Positions 13,010-24,861 of a DNA stretch of 64,000 nucleotides are shown piece after piece. Origin of the DNA: the human T2T-CHM13v2.0 reference genome, Homo sapiens. Every line of letters starts with the position of its first letter. Positions within the stretch are counted from its first letter, which is position 1. The stretch lies in assembly GCF_009914755.1 (NCBI RefSeq), contig NC_060926.1; one strand, given 5' to 3'. The position numbers and the translations under genes are program-made. Under the pieces are notes generated by a model. That model searched no databases, was not told the origin of the DNA, and worked only from the letters and a program-made list of their open reading frames with translations.

Positions 13010-14310
13010 TTGACAGTTCACTACAGTCAGTATCTGCTCTCACCTTCCCACAGCGCTGCTCTCCTTCAGGTCACCATGATCTTTATGTTGTTAAACTCAA
13101 TATACAGTTTTCAGTCCTCTTCTTGATTAAGTGCTCTCATGGCAGAACTTCTTCCTAGATTTTCTCCTGTGTGCTCCAGTCTCCTTCAGTGGCCTCCTCA
13201 CTGCTGCCCCCAGGTTCTTATGAGTTGATGATCTTCAGAGTTTTCCCCTTGAGACCTTCCTATTTTTCGTAAATATTCTCATCTAGACCCCAGGGTTTAC
13301 TTGTCAGGTATGTGCTGATAATTTTCAAATTGATTTTTAGACACAGGGTAAATATCTACACTTAGCATGCTCACTTAAACTTCAAAACCACTGTGCCGTG
13401 TTTTCTCTATCTCAGGAAGTGCCACTGCAACCCACACTGTTCCCTTTTACCTAAGCTAGGAAACTAGGCATCCTGCTTGCCTCTTCCTTCTCTCTTATTC
13501 TCTTCACTTAGAGGCTCTGTTGATTCTTTCTCCTAAATAGGTTTAAAGCCTAGCCTCCTTAAGTCTCGGTGTCTACTGTATCTATTACTTAAATGCCATT
13601 TGTTATGGGTCTGTCTCCATCTCTCCATCTATCAATATGTTCTTCATTTGACCATCCTGGAGGATTACTTTACACGCAAAGAAGCACTGTAACTCTCCTG
13701 TCAAACAATGAATCGGTCTTCATCACCAGTAGAATAAAGGCTAACAGCATAGTTCAGTAGAATGAAGAGTAAAGTAGAATAAAGTGAAATAAAGTCTACA
13801 CGTGACAAAATCCTTTATTACTTCCTACTCTACCTTCCCACTCCCCTGCTCCTCCACCCTCTGCTTTTCACTTTATGCTCCCCAAACTCACTGCTTATTA
13901 TTATACACACTCTGTAGACCCAGGTCATTTCTTGCTCTCTCCTCCTTTTTCTTGTATTATTCCATCTCAGCACCTCCTTTGTCTTTCCACCTAAAAACAA
14001 ACAAATAAACGAAACAAACCCAGCATTTTTTCTTGCCAACTCCTTCTTATTTTTCAAAATTCAGTTCAGGGGATTTTTTTTCTGATATGGTTTCCATGAG
14101 CCTCTTTACTTTCCAGAACAGGCTGGATGCTCACTTGTCTGTTCTTGCAACACATGAGAATTCCATATTTTCATAGATCATGTTGAGCTGTATTATCTCT
14201 AATAGTCAAATATCTTGTAAAGCATGGCAATATTTTCTTTGTTGTTGATTTTCCTAATACTTAACAAAGTGCCTATCAAAGAACAGGCACTCAATAATAT
14301 TAAGTTAAAT
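13010..14310 (+). mobile_element. L2 LINE fragments
   Basis: CT-rich decayed sequence ending in an L2-type 3' end (AAAGTGCCTATCAAAGAACAGGCACTCAATAATAT). Confidence 0.55.
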
Positions 14311-14892
14311 AATACACCTTAAATAAACAAATTGATCTGTTTCATACTAAAAGAGATGAAAGAGAGAGATTTGAGGGAAAAATCCTATCAATAAATTCTC
14401 AGTGATAACATAATTCATTTTGTGACCCGGAGATTAGACAATGTCTTGGTCCTCATCTTTTTAAAAAATTTCTTCTCTGTAGTCAGGAGGGATGGATAAT
14501 AAACTTGTTTGTGACATTGACAAAGCATTTGAAAGATAGATTGTGCAGATTCCTACAATGGGCACCATAAAGACTAGGTTGAAGTACTTAAAAGTCTAAA
14601 ACTATCTGTACAAGCTTCAGAAGCAAGAACAGGAGCTTTTGCTCAATCAAAAAGTAGTTTATTGAAAAGAGAAGAGGAAGAAGGGAGGTTTCCCCAAAGA
14701 TCACCATAGTTGGCTCATTTGTCGCATGGTAGGTAGGGGAGCCTTTCTTGCTCCTGGCTCATTGACTACCTGAAGTAATCAACCTTTCACCCTCTCAGGA
14801 CTACTGGTGAAGCCTTACCACTGCTAATACTTTTGCAGATTGAAGTGTTGTGCCATAATACTAGCCAATTCCAGCCTCACCATTGTCGTTCT

Positions 14893-15254
<362 letters not shown>

Positions 15255-15285
15255 TGATCCATTTATAGTCTGAAAATGGTATATC

Positions 15286-15555
15286 TTTTTTATTTTTATT
15301 TTTTTTTTTTGAGACAGTGTCTTGCTGTATCACCCAGGCTGACCTGCAGTGGCCCGATCATAGCTCATGGCAGCCTCGACCCACCTGGGACTACAGATGT
15401 GTCCCCAAGCCTAGCTAATTTTAAATTTTTGTGTAGAGACAGAGGTCTCACTATGTTGCCCAGGCTTGTCTTGAACTCCTGGCCTTAAGTGATCCTTCTG
15501 CCTTAGCCTTCCAAAGTGCTAGGATTACAGGCATGAGCCACACAGCACCTAGCCC
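15286..15555 (-). mobile_element. AluJ with internal deletion
   Basis: Poly-T tail and GAGACAGTGTCTTGCT...; the right arm jumps from GCCTCGACC to CTGGGACTACAG. Confidence 0.88.
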
Positions 15556-16640
15556 ATCTTTTATCTCAAAACCCACTCAAAAATCTGTCTAGTTATTTCA
15601 TGAAACTTCCATACTTCTTACCATCCACTGTATGGTAATATACCTGGTCTTATCGAGTGTTGGAAAGGCTTCCCCAAAACTTGACTCAAAAAGGTTTCTG
15701 AAACTATCTATCTCAACTTCACCTGGTCTACACACCTTAGTAAGGCAGTCTGGCCACTACGTATGGCTATCCCAAGAAAGGGGTCATCTCCTATAGCCTG
15801 CTTCCTGGGGCATGGTCAAGATGAAAGAGGTGGGAAGTTACACAGGTCTCTTTTAAAAATTCAGAATTCCATCTTGACGATTCTTGAGCATGTTGCAACT
15901 TTCTTTCCCTGAACAGAGCCCTAGACCGCTTGACTGATACACTCTGAATTACAGTCCAGTCAAAAGGGGAGATAGGACATTCAACCTTAATTATGGTTAA
16001 GTTTTATAAAAATGTCATGTTCCTCTTACTCCTGATCCTTCCAGAAAAAAAGTCTGAGTGCAAGTAAGGAATAAGAAGAATAAAAAGGTACAGCTATAGC
16101 TACTGGAATGGTATACATCAATATTGTGGAAGTGAAGAAAAAGCAACCATCCTAATTCCTGAGGAGGGAATACCTTAGACCAAGGGATATATGAGGAAGA
16201 GTGGGATGTTAATAATCCTTGTCTCTTTCAGAAACACTGCTTAAAACTTTCTTTTGGTGTGTTGATATCCCAAATTGTTGCAAGTGTCTTGAATTTCGCT
16301 GACTGTTAGGTCTAGTGCCCCCTTACCAGGTACGGTCTGATAAGTCTAGCAAAAACAGCAAGGCATGCCCCCAACTTCTGTACTCTCACTGAAAAATACT
16401 GTCAATATTTCTAGTTACCCTCCCTGTCCAATGATCAGTTATTCCATGGAGAGGACAAACGCTGGTGGCATGAACAAATAGAACAGGTTGGGCTAACTCT
16501 CTTCAGGCAATGCCTCAGAAAGAAAAAAATTAACTAAGAATCCTAAAAGCGACCCACTGAAATGCTATGTTAGAGGCATCAACCTGTGCTCCTGACCAAT
16601 AAAAATCCCACTCGGCGGGTCACAACAATTTTAAATAACA

Positions 16641-16825
16641 CTTTTTTTCTTCAACTTTTATTTTAAGTTCAGGGGTACATGTGCAGGATGTGCAGGTTTG
16701 TTACAGAGGTAAATGTGTGCCACAGTGGTTTGCTGCACAGATCATCCCATCACCTAGGTATAATATTAAGCCCAGCATCCATTAGCTGTTCTTGTGGTGC
16801 TCCCCCTCCCACCACCTTCCCAACA
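16641..16825 (-). mobile_element. L1PA/PB 3' terminal fragment
   Basis: TTTTATTTTAAGTTCAGGGGTACATGTGCAGGATGTGCAGGTTTGTTAC is a reverse L1 3'UTR. Confidence 0.85.
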
Positions 16826-17697
16826 CCCACATGGACCTGTAGGGAGAAACAGTAACATTTTATTTTCTATGGGCACCGTGTCTACCCTTGAGATTGTACT
16901 TGCATAAAAGCCAGAAAATATCTTGCCTCCATCCTAAAGACACAGTAATTTCCCCTTATAGGGGTGGTCATAAGTGACCTGAAATTGTTTAACAAAATGA
17001 TTTCTACCAGTAAATCATTTAAACCTCAGATGACTTCAGAGATCTCTGCAAAATGAGGGTTCCTTTGGCTACTTGAAGAAGCTTTCTGGAAGAATAACTG
17101 GCTCATTGTTTTAGTAGATCCTATAAAAAAAAATAAGTAGGTTTTTCTATAATGAGCATCATCCATTTAAAAAGTCGGTATGAAGTTTTTTCTTAACTTT
17201 AGGTAAAGTGATCAACGACACCAAATATGAAATGGAAAGGCATTCAGGGCAATGCCAATTCATTAGTCAAGGTTGTTATGGATGATGGGATTGCCTTAGG
17301 CTTCCACCTTTCAGACCAAAGCAGAATCTGTGTCATCACTAATCATAGATTACTAGCTAAGGCCAAGTAGAAATGTCAATACAACAACTTAAGGAGAAAG
17401 CAAGCTGATTTTTAAAGATAGATGCTGATGTTTTATGGAATTTGTTTAGGTGGTTGAGTTCTGGATCGTGGGGATAGGGAGGGAGGAGACACGGTTGAGG
17501 TTAATACTCCAGATTGACCTCATCTTGCTAATTGGAGTCATATTCATAGTAATCTTAATTAAATACTGTATGAGACAAATTGAATGGAGTTGAACTCACT
17601 CATCAGTTAGATTAATCAAAGTAGCTGAAGTAGTGATGAACTCATGGGGGAAATTAAGTAGACATCAAGATGGTACAGAAATGAAGGAAGAGTAGAT

Positions 17698-18145
17698 CTT
17701 GTTGACAGGCAATTCTCTATGGGTCTCTTGCATTTCTACTTATCTTGTAAGCAATGATACTAACACCTTTGTTTTGAACCACCTTTTCAAGGCTCTTCCT
17801 ATATTAACAATGTCTCCTTCCAGGACAAAGGTCAGGCAGGTTTGTTTAGAGACCACTATGAAAAATTTGAGCTTCCAAAGCTCAGAGTTTCTTTCCTGTG
17901 ATGCAACCGCCACATATGCAGGAATCACCTGACGCTTTTCACATCACCCTGTGGTAATTGAGACTTAAGAACTGGTCAAGAAAATCATGACACTCTGGCT
18001 ATACTGCCGTTGCTGTGAGTATCACGCCATCCATTGTATTAGACCCAAGAGTCTCATATCTTTCACAGTATCTGTAAAACTGTAATAGGATAACATCTTG
18101 ATTTGTAAGTAGGGAAATATTTGAGACCCTCAGCAGTTCTTAACA
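17698..18145 (+). mobile_element. ERV LTR, MER68-like
   Basis: Starts TGTTGACAGGCAATTCTCTATGGGTCTCTTGCATTTCT and ends ...GAGACCCTCAGCAGTTCTTAACA, resembling the recalled MER68 consensus; it follows the env remnant. Confidence 0.65.
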
Positions 18146-18747
18146 GTTTATAAAATTTCATACCATTCATAGTTTCTGATAAAAATGTTTTTAAGGAACG
18201 CTTGTTTGAAGGCTTTGGAATGCTACTAAGATTGTGAAAAATTTCAGGCCCAAGATCTAAGAAAGAAAGGAGACCCTGGAGAAGTGAAACCAGTATTTTA
18301 GCACTTTTCCCTTTGGGATGGTTTCTGATCCATTTGCCTTAGTTCAATGCCTTAAGGAAAAACAGAATAAAATTAATTTATCTTCAATGTAGTGGTACGT
18401 GTAAGTCTTTTAACATATCCTCCATGAATGTCCTCCGGCGTCTCTTTTTTGATTTCTCATTCTCTTCCTTCAGTGTTCTTCATAGGAAATAATCTGGAGT
18501 CCATTCTCTCTATCCTGCTTTGTCCTTCCTGAAGTAAGTTCCAGTTTGTCAATATCTTATGCAGAATGTGGCATTCAGAAATAAGGACAATTCTTCTAGT
18601 GAAATAACTGATGCTTATGTAAGTATAACAATGTGTTACTGGTGAAATGAATCAACATAGTAAATTCTGCTATAAACATACAACAAAATATCAAGCAACA
18701 ATAAAAATGGTATTATCAAAGAATCTCTCCCTCTCTTTTTCTCTCTA

Positions 18748-19180
18748 CTGGGTTGTATAGTGCTCCCCTTCCCCCACAACCCCCCTGCCCCCCAATCCAT
18801 GTTTACTTGGAACTCCAGAATGTGATTTTATTTGGAAATAGGGTCTTTGTAGATATCATTAGTTAAGATCAGGTCATACTGGATTAGGGTGGGCCCTAAA
18901 TACAATGGCTGGTATCCCTTTAAGAAGGCCATGTAAAGATACATAACCACAGGGAGAATGCCACATGATGACAGAGACAGAGACAGAAGTGATGTGTCTA
19001 TAAGCTAAGGAGTGCCAAAGATTTCTGGCAACCATCAGAAGCTAGTGAGAGACAAGGAAGGATTCTGCCAACATTTCATTTTGAACTTCTGGCCTCTAGA
19101 ATGGTGAGAGAATACATGTTGTTGTTTTAAGCCACCCAGTTAATGGTAATTTGTTGTGGCAGGTCTGGGAATCAAATGCA
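18748..19180 (+). mobile_element. MLT1 (B/C-like) MaLR LTR
   Basis: GAATGTGATTTTATTTGGAAATAGGGTCTTTGTAGAT...TTTAAGCCACCCAGT are MLT1 hallmarks. Confidence 0.8.
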
Positions 19181-19187
19181 TCTATCT

Positions 19188-19955
<768 letters not shown>

Positions 19956-19962
19956 AAGTCAT

Positions 19963-20060
19963 ACCTATCTATCTATCTGTCTATCATCTATCATGTATCT
20001 ATCCATCTACATATCTATCATCTGTCTATGTATACATATATCTCTATCTATCTAGCTATT
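19963..20060. repeat. (TCTA/TATC)n degenerate tetranucleotide repeat
   Basis: CTATCTATCTATCTGTCTATCATCTATC... Confidence 0.9.
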
Positions 20061-21279
20061 TGTACACATGCATATGAGAATGAGAATGATAGTAGGAAGG
20101 CAACATCCCTAAATGTCAAAGTGATTATTCCTGTATAAGTTGTTTTTATTTATGTTTTTAGTAAATACATAAAATATATGTTGTGCCATTTTACATGCCA
20201 TACATGAAATAATGTTGCATCAGCATCTTGAATACTAATTAAAATGTTGATCTGAATGCCACAGAGAGTAATCCATATACTTGTTGACCTACAATTACAC
20301 TTGCATAAGTTTAAGGTCCAGTCAGGGGCCTAGACTTTGGAAATGATGCTTAGGCCATGGATTGGGAGACATGCTTTCCAGTCAGAAAGTTCAGCATCTC
20401 CCTTTGATTCAGTTTCATTGGATAAATTTGTTGTTTTACTGGACAGCTGATTTGTCTTTTGCTCATTTCACCAGGACATTGATATCTGCTTGGTGTTAGA
20501 CATTCTTCTTTCAGACACAGGGCAGACAGACATGACTAACAGGTTATTCCCTCACTCTAGGAGCACATGGTCTAGAGGGGAGACAGATGGAGAGCCAAGA
20601 TTATAGCATAATATAGTAAATGTTGCAATAGATCTAGCAGTATGAAAGCATCAGTGTTCACGTGTCAGGGCACTGACGGAGATTTAGTGATGAATGAGTG
20701 ATGTTAGGTTTATTTTAAGTGAAAAGAAAACTAAAAAGTCTCAAAGACATGAACACATTTCTACAGCCATAATGATGACTCCTAGAACTGCCAAAGCTTT
20801 AGGAGAGCCCAAATGCCACAATTCACTGGTTAGACACACACGTAAAGGGTAAGCCATTGCCTGGGCTATTTTCTCAAAACTGGGACTTGCCCGAGGGCTC
20901 CTCCTCCTAGACCTTCTCCCTAACCTTCCTGTGGTTAGTGATTGAGAAGCATTTCTTTCCCAAGGTGTCTGCAGGGGAAGAACAAATTGGCAAATGGCCA
21001 AGTATCATACCTGTTTGGTTATGCCTCATGTGGACCTGGCTCTCAGAGGAGCTGTTAATGGAGCAAGTACTGATGCCTGGGATTGCAAATCCTCCTCTAC
21101 TTCACGGGGCATCTTTCCACCCCTGGGGCTTCCTCTCCACCTGCTGAAAGCATGTGAAGTTCCCTGGTGCAGGTGCAGCTCGGCATGTTGAAGGAAGTGA
21201 TCCATGTATCCTAAATCTTTGAATGTATGTCGAGTCAATTGAAGATTCAGGAAAATACATGCTACTCATTTGCCTCTGT

Positions 21280-21440
21280 TGTGCAGCATAGTAGTTAATC
21301 AGGAACTAGACTGCCTGCGTTCAAATCCTAATTTGGGCATGTTTATTAGTCTCTTTATGCTTTGGTTCAAGTATAAACTAGCAATAGGATTGCTATGAAG
21401 ATTAGATCATTCAATGCATGTTAAGTGATTAGCAGAATGG
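21280..21440 (+). mobile_element. MIR SINE
   Basis: CTAGACTGCCTGCGTTCAAATCCTA B-box-like head and GATTGCTATGAAGATTAGAT core. Confidence 0.6.
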
Positions 21441-21520
21441 CAGAAAAAAAAAACCCAATACAGACAATCTCTAAACTTTCTAATATTCAATCCTTTATTA
21501 ATTAAATCAGGGCTGAATGA

Positions 21521-22999
21521 TTTTTTTTTCCTGGATGGCTGTGTTGCTGACCATGAAGGTGGCAGACATTTTTAGTTAGCCCCGGGGTGGGGTGGGATGT
21601 CACAGACAACCAATTTCACATTGTGGGGGAGCCAATCAGCAACATAGCTGCTGTGCTCTTTTTGGATGTTAAACATTTGCTTGTCCATCTCTTTCATGGA
21701 CATGTGGACCCTGAAAATGGCAGCCATCATTAGGTAGCAACCATGGTGGAGGTTGCAAGAAGCCATCATGTTCTTGGCAATGAAACATCTGCTCGGTGAG
21801 CTCAGCCACCATCAGGCCCAGTAATGGTGGCTACCCTGGCTGGTCAGCAGGGTAAAGCCAGGCATGAAGAAGTACAGGCAGGGAAATGAGACCATGTTCT
21901 CAGCCAGTTTCTGTAGGTCAGCATTTAGCTGGCTGGGGAAGCACAGGCAGGGAGTGACCCCACTCCTGGTGGGAGAAACCAGGTGGTTCAGGTCACCATA
22001 GGTGGATGTGGGCAGCTTTAGAGTTCTCAAGCAGATGTCATAGAGAGCTTCATTATCAATGCAAAATGTCTGTGTTTTGTCTATGTTTTTTTTATGAGGT
22101 GGTGGACTGAGAGGGTGGCAGGTCGGGTTTTCAGTAGCAGCCAGTTTCCACTAATCTTTTACTATAATTCTGACGAATGCACACGTTCAGCATTAAAGAA
22201 CTGGAGAAACTGGCCCCTGAGTACAAAGATTGCAATGCAAAAACAAACCCATTAAGATCCCACCTGAATTTTCTTAGCTCCTAAAGTCTGATAAAATAAT
22301 AAAAGCATTCTTACATATACACCTCATACCAGGGCCCACTTAAGATTAATAAAGTTTCCAAGGCTCTAGAGAAACCTTTTTAGAGCCTAAAGATTAGATG
22401 TAGATTGAATGAAACACTTCTGTTTGTAGGTACACTCCTACACATAGGCATGGAGCTTAAAATGTACATAAGCACTGGAGAAAAACTTGTAACTTTGAGT
22501 TGTTCTGGTGAGTTACTTTGACCTTCTCCCTGTAACTGGTTGCACAAATAAACTCCCTTCTTTTCCAGTCTGTCTACATCTTGTTATTGCACGGCAAGAA
22601 CAAGCAGTTGGACCTCATTCATCAGGGACCACCACCACTGTGTTCGACACCTTGGGCTAGGGAAGAATGCTGAATGTGTTCATGATTTGTCTGGGTACTC
22701 CTCCCAGATCTTGCTGATGAGAAGGGTATCCATCCCAGATCCAGTCCCCCCACCCAGGGAGTGGGTCAGCTGGAAACCCTGAAGGCACTCACAGCTCTTA
22801 GCCTCCTTCCTCGCAACATCCATCACTGACTCCACCAGCTCTGAGCCTTCTGTAATAGTAGTGGGCCACTAGTGTGCCTTGGCCCGGTTGTTCGCTGCAC
22901 CACTCTGACCGAAGATGAAGTTGTCCGGCCTGAAGATTCGCCCGAAGGGCACAGAGTCCATGATGCCGGGCTCCAGATCCAAGAGCACAGCGCGGGCAC
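21521..22999 (-). pseudogene. TUBB8P: Processed beta-tubulin pseudogene, TUBB8 lineage (codons ~60-376), split by an LTR
   Basis: Minus-strand translation gives [117 protein letters not shown] and SATFMVSNTAIQE, followed by A9. The exon 3/4 junction (NFIFG|QSG) is intronless, and there are frameshifts and stops. The symbol is family-level only; I cannot assign the specific locus number. Confidence 0.93.
22121..22631 (+). mobile_element. ERV1-type solo LTR inserted antisense into the tubulin pseudogene
   Basis: Non-tubulin ~510 bp between codons TVV and ATLSV; AATAAA at ~22547 followed by an R/U5-like tail ending in CA at 22630-22631. Confidence 0.75.
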
Positions 23000-23262
23000 C
23001 GCTGGGTCCCAGAGGTCAGTGTACCAAGGGGGTCCCTCCCTGGAAGGGCACGGCAGCCCAGCCCTCCCCACCCCTCCGGGCCAGGCCGCTGGGTCCCTGG
23101 GAGAATTGTCTCCTTGCTGCAAGCTGCCCAGCTCTGCCATGTCGCCGGCGGGGAGCCCGGGGGCCACAATGCAGGGCCACCACCGCAGCCACTGCCAAAG
23201 CGGAGGTGGTGGAGGCAGCCGCGGCGACTTTGGCGTCAGGAGAAAGGCCGGAGGGAGGAGTC
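22861..23262. promoter_or_regulatory. CpG-island-like segment at the 5' end of the pseudogene
   Basis: About 24 CpG in 400 bp (hand count) and high GC, the only such patch outside Alus in the window. Regulatory function is inferred, not shown. Confidence 0.45.
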
Positions 23263-23949
23263 CTTACTATGAGTAAGAAAGAGGTAGTGCTTGGCACTTA
23301 ATGAGAAAAAGGTGTCCAAGGCTAGAGTTCAAGTTTTTCACAAGTACATAGCTAGGTAGGAAATAGACACTACCCTAGAGACAATGAAGGAGTCAAGTTA
23401 GGCGTCTTATAATAGAAGAAATTGAATCAGAGGGGCAAGGTGACTTTGCCATGACATTAACATCCCTTCCAATGCTTAGCTTCTCTTTGTCTCCAGGATT
23501 GTATTCAAAGAGTGATATCACAGACAACAGAACCACAAGGACTTCAGAGAATGGAGAGGTCAGTTGTGTTGGTGGGAAGTGCAGTTGAGAGTTCCAAGAA
23601 TCATTTAGGCAACAAGTTCCATGGCTCTGAAGCACTACTGACATATTTCAATTTTGTGAAGTATGTTGTTCTAGGCTTTCCAGAAAAAAAATGTATAAAT
23701 AAATATATTCCATATGTTTATATAAAGAGAGATAAAGAGAGAGGGAGAGAAGAGATCTGCTATATGCGTTCCATTTTCCTTTTCTTTTTTCATTTTGTTG
23801 CTTCTTTTGATGTTGTTATTGCTATGCACATGTGTATGAGTGTGTGTGTATGTCTGTGCACTTTTGCTTTTCCTGTAGAAAATTTCGAAAGTCCATAATA
23901 TAATTTAGGCTATGTTGTAGGTAACACAATAATCATAAATAATATATAT

Positions 23950-24860
23950 AAATCTGTATTTTTGAGGTATCTACTTTTATCAATATGTTGAAGTTTTTCT
24001 TTGAAAATGAGGAAGTGAATATAATTACATTTCCTCTTAATTTTCTAAATGAAAACATTAATTTCCCACTTTCTGATATTTATATTTCTAATATTGTTAG
24101 AGTTTATAATGTTTTTGCTTTTTTTTTTTGTACCCACAATTCTCATATTGTTCTTAGCCTTGGTTCTCTATTTACATAGACTCAATGTAAGTTAGTAGTT
24201 TATTCATACAATTGACACCAAATTTCTGAGTTCTTTTGTTTGATTAATCCTTGAAGTTCAATGGCTATTTCTTGGCTTTATAGTTCTGTATCAGTTTTCT
24301 GAAAACACAGTGTATTTTTTTGAACTTCACATGCAAGTTTTTTATATCTTGAAAAAGTATTTTTTCATTATATATTTGAATGTATGTTCTCATTTATTCC
24401 ATTCGGTTTTTAAGAAACCAATCATGTGAAAGTTGGATGTCCTTTGTCTTTTTGACATAAATATCATTTTCTCTGTAATAATTTTAATCTCTTTGTAATT
24501 TTTCCACTATTTTTGCATGATTTTTTCCTCAAGCTAATGTTTTTTTATTTTAAGCTATATCTGTTCTAATATTGGTACTTTTGAGTCTTTTTTATTATCT
24601 TCTTTTTTTTCCTGAGGTATGGAATAAAGTTTTATCACTTTCTATGATCTTGAAATTTTTTTATTAAATCTGTTTTTTTTTCTTTTACCTTGGGTAAATA
24701 CCTAAGAATGAGATTTCTGGGATATAGTGCACAGGAATGTTCAACTTTCTAGATAATGCCAAAACATTTTTTTCAAAGTGATTGTGCAAAATTGTACATT
24801 TCAGAGAAATGTATGAGATCAAATAAATTCATATCCTCTCTAACATTTGGATTATATGAC
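23950..24860 (-). mobile_element. Old L1M fragments
   Basis: T-rich decayed sequence with TTGGGTAAATACCTAAGAATGAGATTTCTGG, an L1M ORF2-end motif. Confidence 0.55.
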
Positions 24861-24861
24861 T

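Noticed and set aside
22798-23301. Five overlapping ORFs as a small protein-coding gene
   Set aside because: Stop-poor frames are expected in GC-rich DNA; they are out of frame with tubulin and resemble no protein I recognise.
21500-23310. TSD for the tubulin retrocopy (TCATTCAGCCC versus TCATTAAGTGCC on the minus strand)
   Set aside because: The match is too short and imperfect, and it is offset from the apparent 5' boundary.
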